A DNA stretch of 64,000 nucleotides from Pseudomonadota bacterium (GTDB taxonomy: Bacteria > Pseudomonadota > Gammaproteobacteria > QQUJ01). A program made the translations under genes and the position numbers. The notes under the pieces are model-generated. The model was not told where the DNA came from. It did no database searches and was given only the letters and a program-made list of their open reading frames with translations. Location: NCBI GenBank assembly GCA_008501635.1, contig QQUJ01000025.1, positions 32,196 through 96,195 on the forward strand. Direction: 5' to 3'. Positions 19,886-30,158 of the stretch are shown here, one piece after another (the first letter of the stretch is position 1; each line of letters starts with the position of its first letter).

Positions 19886-21204
19886 AACGTTTCCTCCCTG
19901 ATCAGCCTCCTCCTGAGGCTGCGCACGCCGATAAAGACCGCGGCGATCACCAGGGGAATGGAGAGGCCCGTCACCAGATCCGTATCGATGGGGGCACCGC
20001 TCGCTTTGACCGCCTTCGCCAGATAGCCGACCAATCCCACCGAATAGTAGCTGAGCACCACTACCGACAGTCCTTCCACGGTCTCCTGCAGTCGTAACTG
20101 CTGACGTGCACGCCTGTTCATTGACTCGAGCAGATCGCGATTCTGCTGCTCCAGAGCGACATTGACCCGCGCGCGCAACAGACTGCCGGTTCGCCCGACG
20201 CGATAGGAAAGCGCGCGCAGTCGATCGCTGACCGATTCGCAGGTGCGCATCGCAGGCGCAAGTCGGCGCTCCATGAATTCGTTGAAGGTCTGAATGCCTT
20301 GTACGCGCTCTTCGCGCAGCTCGCTGATGCGGCGCGTGACCAACGCGTAATAGGCCCGCGCAGCGCTGAATCGATATTCGGTGGTGGCGGCGATCCTCTC
20401 GACCTCAGCCGCAGCGCGGGAGAGCTCCAGCAAAAGGCGCTGCTCATCCTCGAGATTATTGATCTCGGTTACCCGCTGCGTGAGTTCGGCCAGATGCTCA
20501 TCGATGCGCGTCACCGCTTGCCCGTAGTGTTGAGCCTCAGGGAAGGCCATCAGCGCCAGCGTACGATAGGTCTCGATCTCCACCAGACGTTGCACCAGAC
20601 GCCCCACCTGGCGCACGCGCAGATCCAGATCTTCAACCAGCAATCGACTGAAACCGTCCGCATGCAGGCGATAGTCTGTCCACGCTTTGGCGGCTCCCCC
20701 GGCAACGACACTGCCCGCCACGGTATTGCCACTGAACAGGGGGGCCAGTTCCGCAAGATCACGCTGTCCACCGCGACGATCTTCGACCGCTACATGGATG
20801 GCGACCAGCGCCTCGCCGGGCAGACTGGCGAGCCACTCGCTGGGTACTTCGCCGATGACGGGGTCGGCAAAGGGCGCTGCAAATGCACCGTACTTGAGAA
20901 ATCCATAGGACGAGAACTCTGTATGACGTTCCCAGCGCAGCCGAAACGGGCCGAGGTCCACGCTGTAGTGGGAAGCCCCTTCGGGCGGCGCGCTCACCCC
21001 GTAGCGCTGACAGAGATCGCCGACGGCCGTCCAATCGTCCCGCGAGGCGGCTTCACCCGAATGCAGCGCAATGAACGAGCCGCGTGCCGGTGGCGGCATC
21101 ATCTCGTAAGGGCGCGCGTGCACCTCGTCGGTCAGCGTGCGTCGCAACGGATGTTCACGAAGGCCGGGCATCAGTTGGGCGGTGTTGCGGTCCTGTCGAT
21201 TCAT
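19882..21204 (-). CDS. DUF3422-family membrane-anchored protein
   Basis: [48 protein letters not shown] and C-terminal TM helices. Confidence 0.88.
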   Translation of the reverse strand: MNRQDRNTAQLMPGLREHPLRRTLTDEVHARPYEMMPPPARGSFIALHSGEAASRDDWTAVGDLCQRYGVSAPPEGASHYSVDLGPFRLRWERHTEFSSYGFLKYGAFAAPFADPVIGEVPSEWLASLPGEALVAIHVAVEDRRGGQRDLAELAPLFSGNTVAGSVVAGGAAKAWTDYRLHADGFSRLLVEDLDLRVRQVGRLVQRLVEIETYRTLALMAFPEAQHYGQAVTRIDEHLAELTQRVTEINNLEDEQRLLLELSRAAAEVERIAATTEYRFSAARAYYALVTRRISELREERVQGIQTFNEFMERRLAPAMRTCESVSDRLRALSYRVGRTGSLLRARVNVALEQQNRDLLESMNRRARQQLRLQETVEGLSVVVLSYYSVGLVGYLAKAVKASGAPIDTDLVTGLSIPLVIAAVFIGVRSLRRRLIREETL

Positions 21205-21326
21205 GGGATTTCGCTTGCTTGCTGCTGATTCACTGGGACGATCAGGGCGCGATTCTAACGTGCATCCGGGTCGCTGGGTTACGATAAGCGACCTTCACAC
21301 CACTGCGACCCGGCATTCACCCTTCC

Positions 21327-22187
21327 ATGACACCGACCTTGCCCCGCGATATCGAGATCCAGACCCGTTACCTTCGCATTGCCGCCCGCCAATGGGGCGA
21401 TCCCAACGGGGTGCCGGTCATGGCCATTCATGGCTGGCTCGACAATGCGGCCAGTTTCGATGCCCTGGCCCCTCTGCTGACAGGGATGAACCTCATTGCC
21501 GTGGATATGCCCGGGCATGGCCGATCCGAGCATCGCCCGCCGGGCACCCCCTATCACTTCATCGATTCGATTCCCGACGTGCTGGCGATTGCCGACGCAC
21601 TCGATTGGCCCCGGTTCTCGCTGTTGTCACACTCACTGGGCGCCGGGATCTCTGCCATCGTGGCCGGCACCGCCCCGCAGCGTATCCGGCGACTCGTTCT
21701 GATCGAGGGTCTCGGTCCCTGGTCGGGCAGCGCCGAAGAGAGCCCGGAACGGTTGTCCGAAGCGACCAACCATATCCTCTACAAGGAGCGTCGCCGGGCC
21801 CCGAGTTACCCGACGGTGGAAGAGGCTGCACACGCCCGCGAGAAAGCCGGCGATCTCGGTTTCGAAGCCGCCATGATGCTGGCCGGTCGCGGCACCTATG
21901 GGATCGGCGACCGCGTAGCCTGGCGCACCGATCCGCGGCTCACCTACCGTTCGCCGCTTTACCTCACCGAGGAGCAGGTCGGCGCGTTTCTGCCCCGCAT
22001 CAGCGCGCCGACACTGCTGATCTGGGGCGAGTCGGGACTCGATTCGCCCCTGCAGAACCTCGAGGAGCGTAAAAAGCTGGTGCCCGATCTGATCTTTCAG
22101 CGGATACCGGGCGGTCACCACCTGCATATGGACAATCCCGAACCGGTCGCTGCCGTTGTGCAGCCCTTCCTGGTTCCGGTGACCTGA
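21327..22187 (+). CDS. Alpha/beta hydrolase
   Basis: HGWLDNAASF, DMPGHGRS, SHSLG nucleophile elbow, GGHHLHM. Confidence 0.9.
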   Translation: MTPTLPRDIEIQTRYLRIAARQWGDPNGVPVMAIHGWLDNAASFDALAPLLTGMNLIAVDMPGHGRSEHRPPGTPYHFIDSIPDVLAIADALDWPRFSLLSHSLGAGISAIVAGTAPQRIRRLVLIEGLGPWSGSAEESPERLSEATNHILYKERRRAPSYPTVEEAAHAREKAGDLGFEAAMMLAGRGTYGIGDRVAWRTDPRLTYRSPLYLTEEQVGAFLPRISAPTLLIWGESGLDSPLQNLEERKKLVPDLIFQRIPGGHHLHMDNPEPVAAVVQPFLVPVT

Positions 22188-22200
22188 AGCGCAAACCGGG

Positions 22201-24624
22201 TCAAATAGAGATTCTGACCAGCGCCGGCGGCATCTCTTTCAATGTCTGCTCGGGATTGCAGATAATCAGTCGTTTGGCTTCGATCCCCCCTCTGTCCACC
22301 AGGTTGTCCTTGACCGCCTCAGCTCGTTTGGCCGCCAGCGCCCACAGCGTTTTTGCCTGCTCCGCGGTGGGCGTGCGAGGTTCGACTGAAGCTGCCGGGG
22401 CGGGGGCGGGTGCGGATTGGACCGGTCCGCCCCCCTCCATCGGGGTAGCTTGCGCTGCTGTATCAGGCTTTGCCGCGGGCGGAGCCGGCGGCGGTGGCGG
22501 CGGTGGCGGGTAGAGCTGATCAAAATCGGCGCGTGTCACATCGCCGCATAAAGCGAGACGCACCTGCGGGCGCTCCTGCAACAACTTGCCGATATCACCC
22601 AGCGACTTTTGCGCTTCGCCGGGCAATGCCGCATCGCCCGGGGCGAAGGCTACCGGTTCGAAGTCAAGCCCGGTGGCAAGATCCAGGACCGCGCCCGCCA
22701 GTTTCAGCAGCCCGAAGGGCGAATAGTAGGCCAGGATAGCGCTCTTGATCGCCTTTCCCATCACCTTGCCCAGGATGTTGTTGACCGAGACATCGGGGCT
22801 CTCTACATCCCCGGCGATCGGCAGACTGAGGCGAATGGCATCATCCTTGTCGCGCAACAGGGAGAGCGCTGCGTTCAGCGGTATCCCCAGCTCCTGTGCC
22901 GCAGCACCCGCCTTCTCCTCCTCGGAGAGCGGTTCCAGCTCCAGTTTGTGCAGTTCCACCTTCACTTCACTGTCCAGCATTCCATTGTCGACCTTGACGT
23001 TCAGTTCGACATCGAGGCTGCCCTGGCGTATGTGGTGCTGAACAACGTCGCGCGCGTACGAGGTCACCGGACCCAGATCGATCCCACTCACGGTCCCGGT
23101 AAGTGTCAAATCGGGCCGCACGGCAAAGGGTTTGACCTCGCCGGCGAGCGCGAGTTTGCCGTAGCGTCCGATGGCGGCTTCGAGCGTGACGGGAGAAGAG
23201 CTTCCGGGTGTCGTGGTATCGATATTGTCCATGCTGAGTCTGATATCGCTGATCGTCTCCTGATAGCGCGGCTCAACCTTGTGATCCGCCAGTGTGATCT
23301 TTCCTTCGCCGTCGATTCGGAGCTCGCCAAGCAGTAACTTGAGCGATTCGCTGGGCGGTGCTTCACGCGCACCATCGGCCTTTTCCTGCAACGCCAGCCA
23401 ATCGATCACCTCCCAGCTGCCCTGGCTACCGCGACCCAGCCAGATGGCAGGGGTTTGCAGGTGAAGTCTTTCGATTCGTAACGAGGAAGGTTCGGGCATG
23501 GTCAGGGCTTCGACGGCCAGCGATTTGACCGTGGCGATGTGAGCGGGCGTCCCCTCCTGCTGCGGTTTGCGCCGGAGTGCACTGACCCCTTCGAGCGCAA
23601 CGCTTTGTACCGACAGGTTTGGTGCACCGGTCAGTTGCTCGATCTGCAACGCGGTTAGATTCAATCTATCAATACCCAGCATCTGCTGCCCGGTTTGCGA
23701 TCCCTGGGTCTGCAGCAGCGCCAATGACTGAAGCTGCAGCGATGCGAGTTGCAGGTTCTCGAGCGACGCCATCTGCGCTCTGTCGAGTGTCAGGCGTTCG
23801 AGGGTTACCCAATCTGCCAGGTGTTGTTCATGCACAGGGTCGGCGAGCCGGAGTTCTTCGATGACGACCTGCTCTGCCGTCATGGTTTCACCACCCTGCA
23901 GCTTGAGCTGCTGGACCAGGAATTCCTTGAAACCGAAACGCAGCTCACCGCCAGCCGCTGAAGTGACCGCCAATCCCGTCCAGCGCAACGAGCCGGTCAC
24001 CCGCCAGGGAAGCGGCAGCGTGGCATCCGCAGGCTGCGGCCCCACCGAGGTCTCACCATGCCACGCCAGCTCCGCCCAACGGGCGCAGACATCGGCGAAA
24101 CCACGCACCGCCTCTTCGGTATGCAGTGCCAGAATCTCATCCTGATAGCAGACCCGCAGATCTGTAACGTTGATGCCGCCTACCCCGTAGTGCCAGGGAG
24201 AGGGTGCGGCGGGTGGGGTCGTGGGGGGGGGCTGAGGCATGGTGTCCGCAGAAGGGATGATCAATCCGCCGACCTTCATTTGTCCCTGCGCATTGCGTGT
24301 CGCGTCGATGTCGAGTCCGTCGACCTCGATCCCGGCAATTCGCACCTGCTTGTCCCACATGGGACTCCAACGCCATGTCACTCGGAAACTGCGCAGATCG
24401 AATCCACCACCGTCAGGCGCCTTACCCTTCGCTCCTCGAACAACCACCCAACCCTCGCTGAGATCGAGTTCGACGTCATCGATTTCCGCCTCCATACCCT
24501 GGTCACGCAGCCACTTTTCACCCCCCCAACGGATCCCCGCGGGTAGCGAGTAAACGGCAATGACAAGTAGTATCACGAGGGCTGAAAAGACAATAGATAA
24601 CTTGAAGAATAGTTTATTACGCAT
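22201..24624 (-). CDS. DUF748-domain envelope protein with OmpA-like C-terminus
   Basis: N-terminal TM anchor, long beta-rich body, LSLLRDKDDAIRLSLPIAGDV, LALAAKRAEAVK. Confidence 0.8.
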   Translation of the reverse strand: MRNKLFFKLSIVFSALVILLVIAVYSLPAGIRWGGEKWLRDQGMEAEIDDVELDLSEGWVVVRGAKGKAPDGGGFDLRSFRVTWRWSPMWDKQVRIAGIEVDGLDIDATRNAQGQMKVGGLIIPSADTMPQPPPTTPPAAPSPWHYGVGGINVTDLRVCYQDEILALHTEEAVRGFADVCARWAELAWHGETSVGPQPADATLPLPWRVTGSLRWTGLAVTSAAGGELRFGFKEFLVQQLKLQGGETMTAEQVVIEELRLADPVHEQHLADWVTLERLTLDRAQMASLENLQLASLQLQSLALLQTQGSQTGQQMLGIDRLNLTALQIEQLTGAPNLSVQSVALEGVSALRRKPQQEGTPAHIATVKSLAVEALTMPEPSSLRIERLHLQTPAIWLGRGSQGSWEVIDWLALQEKADGAREAPPSESLKLLLGELRIDGEGKITLADHKVEPRYQETISDIRLSMDNIDTTTPGSSSPVTLEAAIGRYGKLALAGEVKPFAVRPDLTLTGTVSGIDLGPVTSYARDVVQHHIRQGSLDVELNVKVDNGMLDSEVKVELHKLELEPLSEEEKAGAAAQELGIPLNAALSLLRDKDDAIRLSLPIAGDVESPDVSVNNILGKVMGKAIKSAILAYYSPFGLLKLAGAVLDLATGLDFEPVAFAPGDAALPGEAQKSLGDIGKLLQERPQVRLALCGDVTRADFDQLYPPPPPPPPAPPAAKPDTAAQATPMEGGGPVQSAPAPAPAASVEPRTPTAEQAKTLWALAAKRAEAVKDNLVDRGGIEAKRLIICNPEQTLKEMPPALVRISI

Positions 24625-24726
24625 TGTTTTATAAGATTATTTAAATTTATTAGGAGAGGGTACTTATGCAATAGTCTGATATAAGCATAGCGTGTACCAG
24701 TAGTTTCCACAGGGCAGATTTTTTAT

Positions 24727-24742
24727 TTGACCTTTCGTTCCA
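24727..24742. promoter_or_regulatory. Degenerate TetR operator overlapping a TTGACC -35-like box
   Basis: TTGACC-TTTC-GTTCCA has the same spacing and right half as the perfect site at 25362. Confidence 0.45.
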
Positions 24743-24760
24743 ATAAGCTACTCTCCCCCT

Positions 24761-25345
24761 ATGCCCAGACCGAAGAACTTCGATATCGAGCAGACGCTGG
24801 AGCGCGCCGTTGGCATCTTCTGGCGCAAAGGTTATGCGGCCACCTCGATTCAAGATCTTCTGGATGAGATGGGCCTCAACCGCGGCAGTCTCTACGCCAC
24901 CTACGGCGGCAAAAGACGGTTATTCGCAACCGCCGTGGATCGCTACCGGCAAGACGTTGTAGCGCCGCGCCTGGTCGCCATGGAGTCTGAAACGGCGGGA
25001 CTCAGTGAGATACGCAACTTCTTCGAGGCGTTTCTCGAGCGGGTCCGTTCGGGCCACAGCCGCTACGGATGCCTGATGACCAACACCTGCGTCGAACTGG
25101 CTCCTCACGATCCCGCGATGGCTGCCAAGGCACGCCAAAATCTAGCGCGCATTGAAGGCGCCTTTACCCAGGCACTGCGGTGTGCGCAGGCACGCGATGA
25201 GTTGAACGGCAATCTGAACCCTCAGGCGCTTGGACGGTTCCTCACCGCAACTCTGCAGGGCTTGCAGGTCATGACCAAAGCGGGCCTGCCGATCGCGCAC
25301 CTGGAAGATGTGGTTCGAACCGCGTTAGCCACTCTGGAACCGTAA
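24761..25345 (+). CDS. TetR/AcrR-family regulator (NemR/ComR-like)
   Basis: MPRPKNFD, FWRKGYAATSIQDL, GLNRGSLYATYGGK HTH, GCLMTN. Confidence 0.93.
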   Translation: MPRPKNFDIEQTLERAVGIFWRKGYAATSIQDLLDEMGLNRGSLYATYGGKRRLFATAVDRYRQDVVAPRLVAMESETAGLSEIRNFFEAFLERVRSGHSRYGCLMTNTCVELAPHDPAMAAKARQNLARIEGAFTQALRCAQARDELNGNLNPQALGRFLTATLQGLQVMTKAGLPIAHLEDVVRTALATLEP

Positions 25346-25361
25346 TTTTTTCACCTGTTTT

Positions 25362-25377
25362 TGGAACATACGTTCCA
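25362..25377. promoter_or_regulatory. Putative TetR operator
   Basis: Perfect inverted repeat TGGAAC-ATAC-GTTCCA 20 bp upstream of the redoxin ATG. Confidence 0.6.
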
Positions 25378-25397
25378 TTTAACCATGGAGATCACCA

Positions 25398-25928
25398 ATG
25401 AGCCGTTTAATGCCGCGCCAGAAAACCCCCGATCTTTCCGTCAACCTCGTCGGTGGCGGCACCTGGAGTCTGGCGAAAAGCCGCCCCGAACACTTCACCA
25501 TGATCGTCGCCTATCGCGGCCTGCACTGCCCGATCTGCCAACCCTATCTGCGCGAAGCGGATCGCACGCTTGGCGAGTTTGCCCAACGTGGTGTCGAGGT
25601 CGTGGCTGTCAGCAGCGATACGCGCGAGCGCGCCGAACAGACACGCAACGATTGGGGCTTGAAGGCGTTGCCGGTCGGCTACGGACTCAGCATCGACAGT
25701 GCCCGCGAATGGGGCCTTTACGTCTCGACCAGTCGTGGCAAGACATCGACCGGTGTCATGGAACCTGAGCTGTTCTCGGAGCCCGGCCTTTTTCTGGTAC
25801 GGCCCGATCAGACGCTCTACGCCGCCTCCTACGCCACCATGCCCTTCGCCCGCCCCCACTTCAGCGAACTCCTGAAGGCACTGGATTTCATCATCGCCAA
25901 CGACTATCCGGCCCGCGGTGAGGCCTGA
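25398..25928 (+). CDS. AhpC/TSA (peroxiredoxin-like) redoxin
   Basis: YRGLHCPICQPYL, FSEPGLFLVRPD, MPFARP. Confidence 0.88.
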   Translation: MSRLMPRQKTPDLSVNLVGGGTWSLAKSRPEHFTMIVAYRGLHCPICQPYLREADRTLGEFAQRGVEVVAVSSDTRERAEQTRNDWGLKALPVGYGLSIDSAREWGLYVSTSRGKTSTGVMEPELFSEPGLFLVRPDQTLYAASYATMPFARPHFSELLKALDFIIANDYPARGEA

Positions 25929-25983
25929 TTGGTAGATTGAGCGCAGCGTCTCCAGTACCCTGTCCCGGAAGAGGAGACACCGC

Positions 25984-26670
25984 ATGATAGAAAATGCTCA
26001 ACCGCACCTGGAACCGGATGATTATCTGCAGCCCAGGGAGTTCATTGACGCCGACCATGACTCGATTCAGGAGTTCGTGAGCAAGCACACGGTCTCCGGC
26101 GAATCCGCCCTGCAGACGGCCCTTCGACTCTACCTGGCGGTACGGGACGGGATCATCTATGACCCCTACCATGTCGGCCCCGAACCGCATTATTTCCGCG
26201 CCAGCGATTGCCTGGCGGCAGGCCGCGGCTTCTGCATCCCCAAGGCCGCGCTCCTGGCGGCCTGCGCACGTGCCGCTGGAATCCCGGCACGGGTCGGCTA
26301 CGCCGATGTGCGCAACCATCTCTCGACGCCCAAGCTGGACGAGCTGACCGGGGGCAACGTCTACACCTGGCACAGCTATACCGATCTCTTTCTTGACGGC
26401 CAGTGGGTAAAGGCCACTCCCGCTTTCGACAAGGCGCTCTGCGAACGCTTCGGCGTACACGTGCTGGAATTCGACGGCCGCACCGATTCGCTGTTTCAGG
26501 AGTTCAATCAGTCCGGCCATCGTCACATGGAGTACGTGCGCAAGCGCGGCGTATTCGAGGACGTGCCCTTCGAGACCATCGTGGCCGAATTCGATCGCAA
26601 CCACCCCAAATGGCTGCACCATCGCAAAGATCTTGAGGATCTCGCCTTCAAGCATCGCGCAGAGGCTTAG
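25984..26670 (+). CDS. Transglutaminase-like protein
   Basis: GFCIPKAALLAACARAAGIPARVG, HSYTDLFLDGQWVKATPAF. Confidence 0.88.
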   Translation: MIENAQPHLEPDDYLQPREFIDADHDSIQEFVSKHTVSGESALQTALRLYLAVRDGIIYDPYHVGPEPHYFRASDCLAAGRGFCIPKAALLAACARAAGIPARVGYADVRNHLSTPKLDELTGGNVYTWHSYTDLFLDGQWVKATPAFDKALCERFGVHVLEFDGRTDSLFQEFNQSGHRHMEYVRKRGVFEDVPFETIVAEFDRNHPKWLHHRKDLEDLAFKHRAEA

Positions 26671-26792
26671 TAATATTTAAATTAATCAATTAGTTATCAG
26701 GCTTATTTAAAGCTGATAACAACTCCAGATCCGCCAATCTCGCGGTGTTTGCCACCCCTCCCCCCAGGGGGTCACTTGCTTTTTTCTCAATA

Positions 26793-26826
26793 CTGTTAAT
26801 AATTGCAGCACTGCTTTTAACAACAG
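26793..26826. promoter_or_regulatory. Tandem LexA (SOS) boxes upstream of lexA
   Basis: CTG-TTAATAATTG-CAG (26793-26808) and CTG-CTTTTAACAA-CAG (26811-26826), both CTG-N10-CAG. Confidence 0.8.
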
Positions 26827-26835
26827 GTTTCCGCC

Positions 26836-27441
26836 ATGACCGAGAAGCTGACCCCGCGCCAGGCCAGGATCCTGGACTTTATTCGTCAACGTATTGAGGC
26901 TGACGGCCTACCGCCCACCCGCGCGGAGATCGCCACAGCCCTGGGCTTCCGTTCGGTCAATGCCGCCGTCGATCACCTCAAGGCGCTGGCCCGCAAGGGG
27001 GCCATCGAACTGGTCCCCGGCTCCTCGCGCGGCATCCGCCTGCCCCAGGGCCCCGGACTCCCCGTGGTCGGCCGTGTGGCGGCAGGCAGCCCCATCCTTG
27101 CCACCGAGCACATCGAGGATCACTACCGGCTCGATCCCACTCTCTTTCACCCTTCGGCCGACTATCTGCTGCGGGTGCGCGGCATGAGCATGCGCGATGC
27201 GGGTATCCTCGATGGTGATCTGCTGGCCGTGCACCGCACCCCTACCGCCGAGAACGGTCAGATCGTGGTGGCGCGGCTGGAGGACGAGGTCACCGTCAAA
27301 CGCCTGCGCCGTACCCGCAGTCGCGCCTGGCTGCTGCCCGAGAATCCCGATTTCGAACCCATCGAGGTCGATCTGCGCGAGCAGGAACTCAACATCGAGG
27401 GGATCGCCGTCGGTGTACTGCGCGACCATCCGCCCAAATGA
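26836..27441 (+). CDS. lexA: SOS repressor LexA
   Basis: PPTRAEI winged HTH, VAAGSP Ala-Gly cleavage site, GMSM (Ser), VTVKR (Lys). Confidence 0.97.
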   Translation: MTEKLTPRQARILDFIRQRIEADGLPPTRAEIATALGFRSVNAAVDHLKALARKGAIELVPGSSRGIRLPQGPGLPVVGRVAAGSPILATEHIEDHYRLDPTLFHPSADYLLRVRGMSMRDAGILDGDLLAVHRTPTAENGQIVVARLEDEVTVKRLRRTRSRAWLLPENPDFEPIEVDLREQELNIEGIAVGVLRDHPPK

Positions 27442-27467
27442 TCCCGGATCCGGAATGAACCGTTTCC

Positions 27468-27578
27468 GCCGCCCCGCCGCTGGCAGCGTGTCGAACATGG
27501 ACAGCCTCCGACACGCTGCCAATCCCACATCCTCCGCTGCCACCCCTTGGCACTGCGGCGGGGCGGCACCTCTTTTTT
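27468..27578 (+). other. Nested inverted-repeat structure between lexA and imuA ending in a U-tract
   Basis: Outer 13-bp stem 27468-27480/27555-27567, inner 13-bp stem 27481-27493/27509-27521, T6 at 27573-27578. Confidence 0.55.
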
Positions 27579-27594
27579 ACAACGGTACCTAACC

Positions 27595-28242
27595 GTGCTG
27601 GCCGAACTCCTCCAGCGCGCCGACATCTGGCGCGGCAGGCAAACTGCCCCCCGCGCCCAGCGATCGACCGCACCCACCGGCTACGGGACGCTTGATACCC
27701 GTCTGCCCGGTGGCGGCTGGCCGATCGGTGCGCTGACCGAAATCCTCTATCCGCAGGAGGGGATCGGCGAACTGCAGCTCACCCTGCCCACGTTGGCGCG
27801 ACTCAGCCAGGGTGAACGCTGGATCGCCTGGATCAACCCGCCCTTGACCCCCTATGCGCCGGCCCTCGCGGCCCACGGCGTCAATCTGCAACGGCTGCTC
27901 TGGGTGTGCACTCAACGTCCCGAAGAGGGGCTTTGGGCACTGGAACAGGCCTTGCGCTCCGGCATCTGCGCGGCCGTTCTGAGCTGGCCCGCCCGCTGCG
28001 ACGATCGCACCCTGCGCCGCCTGCAGCTGGCGGCCGAGCATGGTCAGGTCCTGGCGTTTCTCTACCGCCCTCTGGAAAACGCACGGAAGGCCTCGCCCGC
28101 CGCCCTGCGCCTGATCCTCCAGAAAACGCCGGAGGGAGGATTGGCGGTGAACTTCGTGAAATGCCGCGGCGCCTGGATCAGCGACACCCTGCACCTGCCC
28201 CGATCCGTCACCGGAGATGCACGCCCATGGAACAGCAGGTAA
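27595..28242 (+). CDS. imuA: Translesion synthesis protein ImuA
   Basis: LLQRADIWRG, PGGGWPIGALTE, WALEQALRSG, LRRLQLAA, SPAALR; GTG start inferred. Confidence 0.92.
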   Translation: MLAELLQRADIWRGRQTAPRAQRSTAPTGYGTLDTRLPGGGWPIGALTEILYPQEGIGELQLTLPTLARLSQGERWIAWINPPLTPYAPALAAHGVNLQRLLWVCTQRPEEGLWALEQALRSGICAAVLSWPARCDDRTLRRLQLAAEHGQVLAFLYRPLENARKASPAALRLILQKTPEGGLAVNFVKCRGAWISDTLHLPRSVTGDARPWNSR

Positions 28243-29813
28243 TCGATCTGCCCCTGCCGCCGGCGGTGAAAGAATCACCGCAGCCAGTGCCGCCGCACGG
28301 TGCACCCCCCGCGATGACGCCAATCCCACGGCCAATCCCTCCCTCTGCGAACCATCAGAAATCCACCCTGACACCGCCAGCGCAGCCGCGCCCAACCCGC
28401 GCCCCGCTGTGGCTTGCCCTCCACTTTCCCCATCTCCCGCTGGAGGTGGTCACCCGCGGTGCGCCGGTAACCGGGCCTTTCGCCGTGATCGAGGGGCAAG
28501 GCACTCAATGCTGTGTTCTGAGCCGCAACCGGGCAGCGGCCGCTACCGGCGTGAAACCGGGGCAGCACCTCAGTGCCGCACAGAGCCTGGCGCCTTTGTT
28601 GAATACCGCCATGCGCCAGGAAGCGGCCGAAGCCGCCGCCTTGGAGCGGTTGGCCGCCTGGGCTTATCAATTCAGCTCCCGCGTCGCCATCGTTGCGCCC
28701 AATGGGCTGTTGCTGGAGATCTCCGGCAGCTTGCGCCTGTTCAAAGGGTTGGAGAACCTGGTGTGCGCTCTGCAGCGGGATCTCACCAACCTGGGCTACC
28801 GCACTCGGCGCAGCATTGCGCCTACCCCACTTGGCGCCTGGCTGCTGGCGCGCAGCGGCGATCGACGCCCCGCGCTGAAGCTGGACGATCTGCGCCGCCA
28901 GCTGGGCGCCCTGCCCCTGCAGATGCTGGAACTCCCGGCCGACACTTTGTCGGCTCTGCGCGAACTCGGTCTGCTACGGGTGCGCGACTGCCTGCGCCTG
29001 CCCCGCGACGGCCTCAATCGTCGCCTCGGTACCGCGGTGCTCGACTACCTGGATCGCGCCCTGGGCCGCAAACCCGACCTGCGCCCTCCGTTCGAAGCTC
29101 GTGAAGGTTTCACCAACCGCCTTGCACTGCCGGCCGAGGTCCACACCACCGAGGGCCTGCATTTCGCGCTGCACCGATTGCTCTTGGAACTGGTCGGTGT
29201 ATTGCGCGCCCGGGATGGCGTCATCCAGCAATTCACGCTGAAGCTTCATCACTTGAAGCGCCCTCCCACGGAGTTGACACTGGGACTATTGGTACCGGGG
29301 CGCGATCTCGTCCATCTGCAGCAGTTGGTCGACAACCGCCTGGAACGGCTCGAACTCCCGGCGCCGGTACTGGAACTCTCCCTGGAGGCAAACGGGATCA
29401 TGCCCTTTCGCGGCGAGCGGCATGACTTCTTTGTCCATACCACGGGGGACCAACTGAACGCGGGCCAGCTTATCGACCGCCTGCGCACCCGCCTCGGTGA
29501 ACAGGCTGTGCGAATGCTCAGCCCCGTTGCCGATCATCGACCCGAGCATGCCTGGCGCAGCGCCGGCAGCACCGTCATCAACACGAGTCACCCAGGCGTT
29601 CGCCCTCTCTGGTTGCTGGAAAAGCCGCAGCTGCTGCCCGGTGCGGACCGCTGGCAACTGCAAGCCGGACCGGAACGCGTCGAAAGCGGCTGGTGGGACG
29701 GTCAGGACCTGGCCCGGGATTATTTCGTGGCGGAACGCAAGGGTGCACGCCTGTGGCTGTTTCGTGAATTGCGTGGCTCGCTGCGCTGGTTTCTGCACGG
29801 GGTATTCGGCTGA
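28227..29813 (+). CDS. imuB: Inactive Y-family polymerase ImuB with Pro-rich N-terminal extension
   Basis: LWLALHFPHLPLE, LLLEISGSLRLF, RPLWLL, GPERVESGWWD, RDYF; overlaps imuA stop. Confidence 0.92.
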   Translation: MEQQVIDLPLPPAVKESPQPVPPHGAPPAMTPIPRPIPPSANHQKSTLTPPAQPRPTRAPLWLALHFPHLPLEVVTRGAPVTGPFAVIEGQGTQCCVLSRNRAAAATGVKPGQHLSAAQSLAPLLNTAMRQEAAEAAALERLAAWAYQFSSRVAIVAPNGLLLEISGSLRLFKGLENLVCALQRDLTNLGYRTRRSIAPTPLGAWLLARSGDRRPALKLDDLRRQLGALPLQMLELPADTLSALRELGLLRVRDCLRLPRDGLNRRLGTAVLDYLDRALGRKPDLRPPFEAREGFTNRLALPAEVHTTEGLHFALHRLLLELVGVLRARDGVIQQFTLKLHHLKRPPTELTLGLLVPGRDLVHLQQLVDNRLERLELPAPVLELSLEANGIMPFRGERHDFFVHTTGDQLNAGQLIDRLRTRLGEQAVRMLSPVADHRPEHAWRSAGSTVINTSHPGVRPLWLLEKPQLLPGADRWQLQAGPERVESGWWDGQDLARDYFVAERKGARLWLFRELRGSLRWFLHGVFG

Positions 29814-29970
29814 GGCAGCAGCGCTGGCGTCAACCGCCAGTCAAGAGAGTCCGATACCGGCGCATAGGACATGAAACAGAAGGCATATTCAGGTAAAGTC
29901 AGCCCTTCAAACACCGTGGTGCTGATGCACGACGGCATTTCCACAGCCACTCAAGCAGGATCATTGTCAC

Positions 29971-30129
29971 ATGAGCGATAAACCAGGCACGACCACGACC
30001 GGGACAAAGCAGGATACCGCCCGGATCAATTCGGAAAAGACTCAGAAAATCAACGAGATCAAAGTAATTCAGCAGGAAGAGGTCAAGGACAAGACCAAGT
30101 CGAATCCCTGCTGCGGCTCTTGCACCTGA
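29971..30129 (+). CDS. 52-aa small protein ending in CCGSCT (CCGSCS-motif-like); absent from the ORF track
   Basis: Hand translation MSDKPGTTTTGTKQDTARINSEKTQKINEIKVIQQEEVKDKTKSNPCCGSCT*; AGCAGGA RBS 10 nt upstream; terminator downstream. Confidence 0.7.
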   Translation: MSDKPGTTTTGTKQDTARINSEKTQKINEIKVIQQEEVKDKTKSNPCCGSCT

Positions 30130-30158
30130 ACAACTATCAGCCCTGGGCTGTACTTTCG

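Noticed and set aside
22430-22510. GGC-rich tandem tract
   Set aside because: Encodes a poly-Pro linker in the DUF748 protein; ordinary low complexity
29971-30129. Methanobactin biosynthetic cluster around the CCGSCT peptide
   Set aside because: No MbnB/MbnC/DUF692 or TonB-receptor genes nearby; only the motif resemblance is kept as a finding
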